From an uncultured virus (IMG/VR IMGVR_UViG_3300025617_000900) (Duplodnaviria; Heunggongvirae; Uroviricota; Caudoviricetes): 57,495 nt of DNA. Position numbers and translations under genes: made by a program. Below are positions 41,003 to 48,707 of the stretch, piece after piece; the first letter of the stretch is position 1; each line of letters begins with the position of its first letter. The notes under the pieces were generated by a model. The model ran no database searches and had not been told where the DNA came from. It saw nothing but the letters and a program-made list of their open reading frames with translations. The stretch lies in IMG/VR virus record IMGVR_UViG_3300025617_000900. One strand, written 5' to 3'.

Positions 41003-41851
41003 ATGAGACCTAAAAATTATCTAAACAATAAAGATATATTAAAAGAAATACACAAATCAAAAAATAAGTTCAACAGTTATCTTGCACCTGAATATGCAGA
41101 TTACGACATTATTCTGCCAAGTGTAGATAAAATTAATCGATTAACTGTTGCAGAGGCGAAGCGTAACAAAGCAAAAAAGCTATCATCTGCTGAATACGAG
41201 CGCAGAAAAGGGTTAGGACACAAAGTTAAACAAGCAGAATGCGAAACAAAACCTACAGAAATTACTAAAGAAGAATTAATCTTCCGTGTAATGACGTTTG
41301 ATCATATTCCTGAAGAGCCGGGACGTAAAAAGAACCCAAAGACAGTAGCAGACACTCGAGTTAAACTTCCGTTTCCTCCGTTTCATCATTACAAGTATAA
41401 CGAAGACGGTGAAATTGTTCTTGTTGGAAAAAGCCACTGGGTAGGCGGTATGGACAACGGACATTTTAGTCATCAACACGGTAAAGCAACTGACAAACTT
41501 GCTATGATGTGGTTAAAACTCGTAGATAGATATGCAACTCGTGGCAATGTTCGCGGATATACTTACAATGACGAGATGAAAGGACAAGCAATACTGCAAT
41601 TGGCGCAGATTGGGTTGCAGTTTGACGAATCTAAGTCAGATAATCCATTTGCATACTATACAGCCGCCGTTACTAACAGTTTTGTGCGTGTTATCAACAT
41701 AGAAAAGCGCAATCAAAACATTAGAGACGATATTCTAGAAATGAATGATCTATCGCCGAGCTACACAAGACAAAATCAAGGCGAATGGGAAGCAAGTGTT
41801 AAGCGGAATGAAGATGCTTCACCAACTGCGTATACAAATTCCAAAAAATAG
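41003..41851 (+). CDS. RNA polymerase late sigma factor, T4 gp55-like
   Basis: NYLNNKD N-terminus; YATRGN.RGYTY.DEM...A..FD..KS.NPFAYYT...N.F...I..EK motif. ATG 41003 has GGAG 6 nt upstream (the track starts at 40997). Confidence 0.85.
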   Translation: MRPKNYLNNKDILKEIHKSKNKFNSYLAPEYADYDIILPSVDKINRLTVAEAKRNKAKKLSSAEYERRKGLGHKVKQAECETKPTEITKEELIFRVMTFDHIPEEPGRKKNPKTVADTRVKLPFPPFHHYKYNEDGEIVLVGKSHWVGGMDNGHFSHQHGKATDKLAMMWLKLVDRYATRGNVRGYTYNDEMKGQAILQLAQIGLQFDESKSDNPFAYYTAAVTNSFVRVINIEKRNQNIRDDILEMNDLSPSYTRQNQGEWEASVKRNEDASPTAYTNSKK

Positions 41852-41852
41852 G

Positions 41853-41881
41853 TTGACTACTGTTAATTTTTGTTATATACT
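41853..41881 (+). promoter_or_regulatory. sigma70-type promoter TTGACT-N17-TATACT
   Basis: TTGACT 41853-41858 and TATACT 41876-41881, upstream of the gp47-like gene. Confidence 0.8.
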
Positions 41882-41908
41882 TTAACAAGTATATATGGAG
41901 GATACTCT

Positions 41909-42925
41909 TTGTTTAAAAAAGCTGCGGTGTTTACGGACATCCATTTTGGTCTAAAGGGCAATAGTCGTGTTCACAACGAAGATTGCGAAGAATTTATCGA
42001 TTGGTACATAGAACAAGCACAAGCTGCTGGTTGCGAGACCGGCATTTTCTGCGGAGACTGGCATCACAATCGTAATTCACTAAACTTAACTACTATGGAT
42101 GCAACAATTCGTAGTATGGAAAAGCTAGGCAAAGCATTTGAGAAGTTTTACTTCTTTGATGGCAACCACGATTTGTATTACAAAGACAAACGTGACGTCA
42201 ACTCAACTGCATTTGCTAAACACATTCCGGGTATTACGTTTGTAGACGAGATTCTTATTGAAGATGACGTTGCACTAGTACCTTGGCTAGTAGGCGACGA
42301 GTGGAAGAAGATGAGTGACATCAAAACAAAGTATTTGTTTGGTCACTTTGAACTTCCTAGCTTTTATATGAATGCCCTAGTGCGTATGCCTGATCACGGT
42401 GACTTAAAACCTGAACATTTTAAGCATCAAGACTATGTATTCAGTGGACACTTTCACAAACGTCAGAAGCAAGGTGCTATTCACTACATTGGCAATGCGT
42501 TTCCGCACAATTATGCTGATGTAGGCGATGATGATCGCGGTATGATGATACTTGACAAGGAAAATAACCTAGAACCCGAGTACATCAATTGGCCCAATTG
42601 TCCTAAGTACCGCACAGTTAAGCTAAGTGAACTGATTGACAATGCAGATACTATTATAAAGAGTAAAATGTACTTGCGTGTGACACTTGACTTGCCTATC
42701 AGCTATGAAGAAGCTAGTTTTATTAAAGAAACGTTTATTAATCAATACGGTTGTCGTGAAATTACACTCATTCCGCAAAAACAACTGGAAGAAATTAGTA
42801 CAGAGCTTGATATTGCACAATTTGAAAGTGTAGATCAAATTGTGAGTAACGAAATTGCAGAACTAGACACCAACAACTATGATAAAAGTATGTTGTTGCA
42901 AATTTATAATGGATTAGAATCGTAA
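41909..42925 (+). CDS. Recombination endonuclease subunit, gp47/Mre11/SbcD-like
   Basis: Metallophosphoesterase motifs DIHFG, GDWHH, GNHD, GHFE and SGHFH. Likely TTG start at 41909 with GGAGG RBS 7 nt upstream. Confidence 0.92.
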   Translation: MFKKAAVFTDIHFGLKGNSRVHNEDCEEFIDWYIEQAQAAGCETGIFCGDWHHNRNSLNLTTMDATIRSMEKLGKAFEKFYFFDGNHDLYYKDKRDVNSTAFAKHIPGITFVDEILIEDDVALVPWLVGDEWKKMSDIKTKYLFGHFELPSFYMNALVRMPDHGDLKPEHFKHQDYVFSGHFHKRQKQGAIHYIGNAFPHNYADVGDDDRGMMILDKENNLEPEYINWPNCPKYRTVKLSELIDNADTIIKSKMYLRVTLDLPISYEEASFIKETFINQYGCREITLIPQKQLEEISTELDIAQFESVDQIVSNEIAELDTNNYDKSMLLQIYNGLES

Positions 42926-42926
42926 T

Positions 42927-44696
42927 ATGATTAAGATCAAAGATTTAACAGTCAAAAACTTTATGAGTGTGGGCAATCAGACTCAAGCAGTAGACTTTGA
43001 CCACGAACAGCTAACACTTGTACTAGGTGAGAACCTAGATCAAGGCGGAGACGACAGTGGTTCACGTAACGGTACTGGTAAGACTACTATTATCAACGCA
43101 CTAAGCTATGCTTTGTATGGCAATGCACTTACAAACATTAAAAAGAACAACTTGATTAACAAAACTAATTCAAAAGGAATGTTGGTGACGCTTACTTTTG
43201 AAAAAGATAATAACGAATACCGTATTGAAAGAGGTCGTTCGCCTAATATCTTTAAATTCTACATGAATGATCAAGAAAAACTAGTAGACGAGTCACAAGG
43301 CGACAGTAGACAGACGCAGGACGATGTAAACACACTATTAGGTATGAGTCACGACATGTTTAAACACGTTGTTGCTCTGAATACCTACACAGAACCGTTC
43401 TTGAGCATGCGTGTTAATGATCAAAGACAGATTATTGAACAGTTGTTGGGTATTACTATCCTTTCTGAGAAGGCTGATGCACTTAAAGAACAAGTTCGTC
43501 AAACAAAAGATGCTATTACAGAAGAAACACTAAAGATTAATGCTATTCAAACTGCTAATGAGAAGATTGAAGGCAGTATTGAAGGATTAAAGCGCACTCA
43601 ACGTGCTTGGATTGCTAAGAACAAACAAGACCAAGACAGTTTAGCAAGTGCTATTGAAGAATTAGAGAAGCTGGACATTGAAGCTGAACTAGAGTCGCAT
43701 GAAAAATTAGCAAACTGGACTGAACACAACAATGCTATCCTTGCTCTTAAGAAAGAACTAAGCACACTTGAGCCTGCACTACAACGTGCCGACAAAAGTG
43801 TAACCAAAGCAGAGAAAGACATTGCAGATCTTGAAGATGCAACCTGTTACACATGTGGTCAAGAACTGCATGCAGACAAGAAAGCAGAGATTGCAGAACG
43901 CAAAGGCAAAGAACTTGCTGATGCACTAGTATATCAAACAGAAGTTGCAGGCAAACTTACTGATGTAATGAAAGCACTTGAAGAAATTGGTGACATCAAT
44001 GGTAAGCCTACAACATTTTATGACAGTGCTAAAGAAGCATACGAGCATAGAAGCAATGTAGACAATCTAAAGAAAGCACTTGAAGACAAAAAAGTTGAAA
44101 CTGATCCTTATGCTGCACAGATTACAGAATTAAACGAATCTGCTATTCAGCAAATCGACTGGAACAGTGTTAACGAACTTACAAGTTACAAAGAACATCA
44201 AGAGTTCTTGCTAAAGCTGCTTACGAACAAAGACAGTTTCATTCGCAAGAAGATTATTGACCAGAACCTAGCATATCTAAACAACAGACTTACATATTAT
44301 CTCGACAAACTAGGATTACCGCATCAAGTATTGTTCCAAAACGATTTAAATGTTGAAATTACACAACTAGGTCAGGATCTAGACTTCGATAACTTGAGTC
44401 GAGGAGAGCGCAACAGACTTATCTTAGGATTAAGCTTTGCATTCCGTGATGTTTGGGAAAGCTTGTATCAAAATATCAACTTGTTGTTTATCGATGAGCT
44501 TATTGATAGCGGCATGGACACTGCTGGTGTAGAAAATAGTTTGAGTGTCCTCAAGAAGATGGCTAGAGAGCGTAGCAAGAACATTTATCTTATCTCACAC
44601 AAAGACGAACTGATTGGTCGTGTTAATCATGTGTTGCGAGTTGTAAAGGAAAATGGATTTACAAGCTATGCAAACGATTTAGAGGTTGTAGAATGA
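42927..44696 (+). CDS. Recombination ATPase subunit, gp46/Rad50/SbcC-like
   Basis: KNFMSVG; Walker A NGTGKT; coiled coil with CYTCG zinc hook; signature LSRGE; Walker B LLFIDE; ISH motif. Confidence 0.95.
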   Translation: MIKIKDLTVKNFMSVGNQTQAVDFDHEQLTLVLGENLDQGGDDSGSRNGTGKTTIINALSYALYGNALTNIKKNNLINKTNSKGMLVTLTFEKDNNEYRIERGRSPNIFKFYMNDQEKLVDESQGDSRQTQDDVNTLLGMSHDMFKHVVALNTYTEPFLSMRVNDQRQIIEQLLGITILSEKADALKEQVRQTKDAITEETLKINAIQTANEKIEGSIEGLKRTQRAWIAKNKQDQDSLASAIEELEKLDIEAELESHEKLANWTEHNNAILALKKELSTLEPALQRADKSVTKAEKDIADLEDATCYTCGQELHADKKAEIAERKGKELADALVYQTEVAGKLTDVMKALEEIGDINGKPTTFYDSAKEAYEHRSNVDNLKKALEDKKVETDPYAAQITELNESAIQQIDWNSVNELTSYKEHQEFLLKLLTNKDSFIRKKIIDQNLAYLNNRLTYYLDKLGLPHQVLFQNDLNVEITQLGQDLDFDNLSRGERNRLILGLSFAFRDVWESLYQNINLLFIDELIDSGMDTAGVENSLSVLKKMARERSKNIYLISHKDELIGRVNHVLRVVKENGFTSYANDLEVVE

Positions 44697-44899
44697 TAGA
44701 AGATGACGCACATGATTTGCTAGTAAAAGCATATCTTGCATATTTCGAAGCAAACGAAAAGTTTATAAAAAGAAATAGTGTAAGAACACATCGCGCAGTA
44801 CGAAAGTGCTTGCGCGATATTCGTGCATTAGCAAAAGAACGTGCAGATGAAATACACGTTCATCATAACACAACAAGGCAAACCAGAAAAGACAAATAA
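44693..44899 (+). CDS. Small basic helical protein, weakly Hc1 (histone H1-like) family-like
   Basis: 68 aa, overlaps the gp46 stop (ATGA), GAGG RBS; KF..RN....RAVRK.L.DI..LAKER..EI pattern. Confidence 0.6.
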   Translation: MIEDDAHDLLVKAYLAYFEANEKFIKRNSVRTHRAVRKCLRDIRALAKERADEIHVHHNTTRQTRKDK

Positions 44900-44924
44900 C
44901 AACTTAGGCACTGGTAAGTAACTG

Positions 44925-45374
44925 ATGCAGTGGACTTACCGAGGTGAAACAATTGACACAATACCAGATGAGTATGAAGGATTTGTTTACCTTATCACTA
45001 ACAAGACCACAGGCCAAAAATACGTAGGCAAGAAACTAGCAAAATTTAAAACCACTAAGCCACCTCTAAAAGGCAAAAAAAATAAAAGACGCGGCTACAA
45101 AGAAAGCGACTGGAGAACATACTATGGTAGTTCAGACAGACTAAACGCAGATGTAGCAGCACTAGGCGAAGAACACTTTACAAGAGAAATATTATATCTT
45201 TGTAAAGGCAGAGGCGAAATGTCATATATAGAGGCAAGAGAACAATTTGATCGGCGGGTACTTGAAACAGATGAATACTACAACGGTATCATTAATGTTA
45301 GAGTAGGCGGATCAGACAAACTCAAACAGGCATTGCTAGAACATCACATCCAGGCAAAACAATCCAACACATAA
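44925..45374 (+). CDS. Stand-alone GIY-YIG (Seg-like) nuclease domain protein
   Basis: GFVYLITN..TG.KYVGKK; Y.GSS; FTREIL; conserved E (YIEARE) and YYN; only 149 aa long. Confidence 0.8.
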   Translation: MQWTYRGETIDTIPDEYEGFVYLITNKTTGQKYVGKKLAKFKTTKPPLKGKKNKRRGYKESDWRTYYGSSDRLNADVAALGEEHFTREILYLCKGRGEMSYIEAREQFDRRVLETDEYYNGIINVRVGGSDKLKQALLEHHIQAKQSNT

Positions 45375-45750
45375 GGTTAGCGGGCCAGATCGAAAATACC
45401 GCTGTGGAAAAGGCTAGGGTGATACCTGCACACGTAACATACTGATTGACTACCCAGAGGTAGGAAGCCATCAAACAAATTGGGCTCACTGGTTGGTATA
45501 GATTGATTGTTGGCAGTCGAAAAACACAAACACAGTACATAAAAACTCTTTAGCAATAGGAACGAAGCGAGAGGTAGCTGGAAACAGCGATGTCGACGTA
45601 GGTTGGGAAAGGTCAGAGCCCATTGTACTTTGTGTATAAACAATTACCTACTTCCAATGTCTCGGCTGGTGCAGACTCACATGAAGCGCATTTTGAGATT
45701 AGATGGGACCGTAACTGGTTCCGTCTGACTGAAACAATCTACATGAAACT
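45375..45750 (+). ncRNA. Candidate large structured non-coding RNA (unknown family)
   Basis: Largest gene-free gap in the window and GC-richer than other spacers. Many stems with G-U pairs on the + strand, a GAAA tetraloop (45577-45588) and long-range pairings 45481-87/45616-22 and 45499-505/45735-41. Confidence 0.6.
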
Positions 45751-45754
45751 TATA

Positions 45755-45775
45755 CATTATCACTTTGTGATAATG
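45755..45775. repeat. Perfect 9-bp inverted repeat with 3-nt loop
   Basis: CATTATCAC-TTT-GTGATAATG. Confidence 0.85.
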
Positions 45776-45839
45776 ATTATTCATATATAAATCATTTAAT
45801 CAAAACGAAGTGTAAGTAGTTTGAGCGTTAGCGAAAACT

Positions 45840-45860
45840 TGTATTAACGAAGTTAATACA
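45840..45860. repeat. Perfect 9-bp inverted repeat with C(GAA)G triloop
   Basis: TGTATTAAC-GAA-GTTAATACA. Confidence 0.85.
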
Positions 45861-45877
45861 CTAAGCACTAAAGAATA

Positions 45878-45884
45878 ATAAATA
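45878..45884 (+). promoter_or_regulatory. Putative late promoter ATAAATA
   Basis: Upstream of the AAGGA RBS and the ATG at 45914. Confidence 0.6.
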
Positions 45885-45913
45885 CATTATATTGATACTA
45901 AGGAATACTCGAA

Positions 45914-46192
45914 ATGAAGATCTCTGAATTTGCTGTTGACAAACAGGTAGATGAATTAACTGCTGGTGAAGTAGGAACTGCTGCTGGTAAAGCAACTAGA
46001 GCTGTTGGTTCTGGAATAAAAAACTTTGCTAAGGGTTTTGCAAGTGGTGTTACTGGTAAAGCTGCATCTAGTGATAAAGCTGCACCAGCAAGTCCTCAAC
46101 TCAAATCTATCAAGTCGAGTATTGCAGCACTTAATCCTAAACAACAGGCAGCACTAAGAAAACAACTTGCTAAGAAAGCAGGAGTAGCATAA
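45914..46192 (+). CDS. Small Ala/Lys-rich protein, possible internal head protein
   Basis: 92 aa; MKISEF...VDE propeptide-like N-terminus; late promoter and RBS upstream. Confidence 0.65.
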   Translation: MKISEFAVDKQVDELTAGEVGTAAGKATRAVGSGIKNFAKGFASGVTGKAASSDKAAPASPQLKSIKSSIAALNPKQQAALRKQLAKKAGVA

Positions 46193-48474
46193 TGAAACGC
46201 ACACTAATTACTGAATCGTGGAATGATCCTCGTCTTACACTTCTCGAGACAACAACTATTATCCCGTTTGTATCTAGTATTGAAAAATATATTACTGAAG
46301 CACAACTTACACCAGATCAAATCAGTCAACTATTTACTGATGTAGAAAAGGGTGCTACTGCTGCCGGCGGCAATAGAACTATGATCGGCAAAGGCACAGA
46401 CGCTGCTAAGTTTATCAATACAAAAATGAAAGAGCTTGGTCAAGCTGTTAAAAAGTCTGGACCTGTTCAAAACGCAGATGCTAAATTTGCAGAACTAAAA
46501 ACTAAAATAGGTTCTAAAGATTCTAAAGTTGTTAGTGCAATACAAGGTGTTAGTGATTGGGCAAAAGAAAATCCTGGCAAAGCAAGTATTGCTGTTGCCG
46601 TACTAACTGTTGCTGCGTCGATGGCTGCCGGACCAATGGCAGGCGCTATTGCAGGTTTTATATCTCGAGCAAGTAAAGATTTACTACAAGGCAAAGACCT
46701 TTCTAGTGCAGTTGGTAATTCACTTAAAACAGCAGCAGTCGGTGCTATTGTCGGTGCAATTGCAGATGGTATTGACTTTGGTACTCCGGATGTTGAAGGT
46801 GGTGTTAACACAGTATCAGGAGATGTGGATACTAGTCAACTACAAGATAAACTTGCAAAAGAGCTAGGCGACAATGCTAGCGATGCAAATCAATCTGTTG
46901 CAAGTGCATTTGCAGATATGGATGTATCACAATTTAAGATGAAGTATGCTGAAGAAATGTATTTGGCTCAACTTGAAAAGTTTGGCGGTGAAGCAAGTCG
47001 TAGCATGATGATGAAGATGGCCGAAAACATTGACATTCAAGGTACATATCCAGATGATTTTACTGCTAGTTTTGAAGGAAGTTTTGTTAGAGGGAATATT
47101 TTCTTAACGCCAGATGAAGCTAGAGAACTTAGTGCTGCTGGATTTGAAGGCATGGACATAATGGGCAGTGAAGCAACAGAATGGATTAAAGCAAATGTTG
47201 AAGGCGCAGACGAACAAATTCAAGCAGGAATTGATGCAAGTGCGCGAGCAGACGCAGAACTAAAAGCAAAATACGATGCAATGAGTGCCGAAGAGCAACG
47301 TGCATTTGACCAAGAGAGAGCTGCAAAATATGGCGACTTTATGGATGTCGAACCTCCGGGAACTCCTAAGTACAAAGAAAGTATCGATTTTAAAAATATT
47401 CAAATTGAAACTATTATTGAATGGTGTGACCAATCTCCTGCTGTTATACTAACAGAAGGCCCGATGGATGCAATTAAAAAAGGTGCAAGTGCTGTAGGCG
47501 GAGCAGTTAAGAAAGGTGCAGCAGCCGTAGGCGCTAAAGCAGCAAAGGTTGGCAAGAATATGACAACTAAAGTTACTGCTGACAAATTAAATAAAGCCTG
47601 GGTCAAAGCTGGAAAGCCTACTGACAGTGATAAAATTGCAAACATTCTTAGACAGCAAGGTGTAAGTGATCAAGTACTAGCACCTGTATACAAACAAATG
47701 GGTGCAAAGCTTCCTGCTGCTCCTGCAAAAGATACACAAGCAAGTAAGCCAGGATCAACAGATAAACCACAAGCAGGTAAGCCAGGTGCAACAGGCGGAC
47801 AGGCAGCTGGCGCAGCAGCGCCGATGGACTTTAAAGCTATTCAACAAGCTGTAGCTAAAATGAGTTCACAGGATGCAAAAGAATTAGTTACGCATATTGA
47901 CTCGCTCAGCGGCAAAAAAGCAGCAGCACAGCCTCAAACAGCCCCTGCACAAGGTGCAACTACACAACAGCAACCTGCACAAGGACAACAGCCTGCACAA
48001 GGACAACAGCCTGCACAAGGACAACAGCCTGCACAAGGACAACAGCCTGCACAAGGTGCAGCGCCTGGTAAACAGCAACCTGCTGCACAGAATCCTAAAA
48101 ATGCCGCAGCTGGTGATACTTATGAAAAAGCAAAAGGTGATATTCGTAAAGTACAAAGTGGACAAAAGCCTATTCCACCTAAAGCCGCAGCAGACATTCA
48201 GGGTGCAATTGCTAAACTAGCTAAGGGTGATAAAGAAAGTGGAGTATTTGCTGCACAGAAAATTATGAATCTTGCTAAAGCAGGAGTTGATGTCAGCAAA
48301 CAACAGCAAGCATGGGTTGCTAATTCTAAAGCAGCTGAACGGTTCTTAACACAGAGTGTTTACTTTGCAATTACTAAAATGTTGCGTGAGCATAATTTGT
48401 CTTGGAGTAATTTAGGTATAAGAGTGCATTTGTTAGAAGGTACTAACAAAATGTTTGGAATAAGTTACATTTAA
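46192..48474 (+). CDS. Large Ala/Lys/Gln-rich protein, possible internal head/ejection protein
   Basis: 760 aa; GGAG RBS; hydrophobic Gly/Ala segment (IAVAVLTVAASMAAGPMAGAIAGFI); QQPAQG repeats. Confidence 0.7.
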   Translation: MKRTLITESWNDPRLTLLETTTIIPFVSSIEKYITEAQLTPDQISQLFTDVEKGATAAGGNRTMIGKGTDAAKFINTKMKELGQAVKKSGPVQNADAKFAELKTKIGSKDSKVVSAIQGVSDWAKENPGKASIAVAVLTVAASMAAGPMAGAIAGFISRASKDLLQGKDLSSAVGNSLKTAAVGAIVGAIADGIDFGTPDVEGGVNTVSGDVDTSQLQDKLAKELGDNASDANQSVASAFADMDVSQFKMKYAEEMYLAQLEKFGGEASRSMMMKMAENIDIQGTYPDDFTASFEGSFVRGNIFLTPDEARELSAAGFEGMDIMGSEATEWIKANVEGADEQIQAGIDASARADAELKAKYDAMSAEEQRAFDQERAAKYGDFMDVEPPGTPKYKESIDFKNIQIETIIEWCDQSPAVILTEGPMDAIKKGASAVGGAVKKGAAAVGAKAAKVGKNMTTKVTADKLNKAWVKAGKPTDSDKIANILRQQGVSDQVLAPVYKQMGAKLPAAPAKDTQASKPGSTDKPQAGKPGATGGQAAGAAAPMDFKAIQQAVAKMSSQDAKELVTHIDSLSGKKAAAQPQTAPAQGATTQQQPAQGQQPAQGQQPAQGQQPAQGQQPAQGAAPGKQQPAAQNPKNAAAGDTYEKAKGDIRKVQSGQKPIPPKAAADIQGAIAKLAKGDKESGVFAAQKIMNLAKAGVDVSKQQQAWVANSKAAERFLTQSVYFAITKMLREHNLSWSNLGIRVHLLEGTNKMFGISYI
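47968..48057 (+). repeat. 18-bp tandem repeat x5 (CAACAGCCTGCACAAGGA) encoding QQPAQG
   Basis: Three identical central units plus two units with synonymous variants. Confidence 0.95.
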
Positions 48475-48677
48475 AAGAATGGAAGACCACTTTTCTTAGT
48501 GGTCTCTAAGTTTTCTTTTACTATATCACCGATAAGCATTCTATCTTCGTGAGATAGGTTATAACCTTCGTCTATAGTAACACCGCCACGCATATACCAA
48601 CAAAGTTTTAAGATTTCACTCTTAATTTCCTTTTGTTCGTTTTCCATATGCTTAACTTCTTCTAGGATCTCAGCCAC
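48471..48677 (-). CDS. gp51-like hub/tail assembly chaperone C-terminal part, probably expressed via -1 frameshift from the upstream gene
   Basis: L.WYMRGG.T..E...LS.EDR..I pattern; the frame stays open back to the slippery site at 48701-48707; no well-spaced RBS. Confidence 0.7.
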   Translation of the reverse strand: MAEILEEVKHMENEQKEIKSEILKLCWYMRGGVTIDEGYNLSHEDRMLIGDIVKENLETTKKSGLPFF

Positions 48678-48707
48678 GCTCCAAGCTAAGATCCTTATCC
48701 GAAAAAA
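48664..48707 (-). promoter_or_regulatory. Programmed -1 ribosomal frameshift signal
   Basis: In-frame heptamer T TTT TTC (48707-48701), 5-nt spacer, 11-bp stem AGGATCTTAGC/GCTGAGATCCT with a 10-nt loop. Confidence 0.75.

Noticed and set aside
13586..44696. Inteins or introns in the giant ORF, portal or gp46/47
   Set aside because: No C/S...HN-C/S/T splice motifs or LAGLIDADG blocks were noticed, and the conserved genes read as contiguous.
45322..45643. Minus-strand ORFs of 72 and 88 aa in the large intergenic gap
   Set aside because: They have non-ATG starts, atypical Cys/Phe-rich composition and no recognisable motif, and one overlaps the GIY-YIG gene. The + strand RNA-like structure explains the region better.
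45375..45750. Group I/II intron, RNase P, tmRNA or tRNA identity for the structured region
   Set aside because: No interrupted host gene, no recognisable P7 or domain V, no GAGGAAAGUCC-type RNase P core, and no T-loop/CCA end visible by eye. An Rfam search is still needed.
47897..48220. Alternative-frame ORFs over the 18-bp repeat; CRISPR-like appearance
   Set aside because: The repeats are contiguous with no spacers and lie in frame within the 760-aa gene; the other frames are open only because the unit lacks stops.
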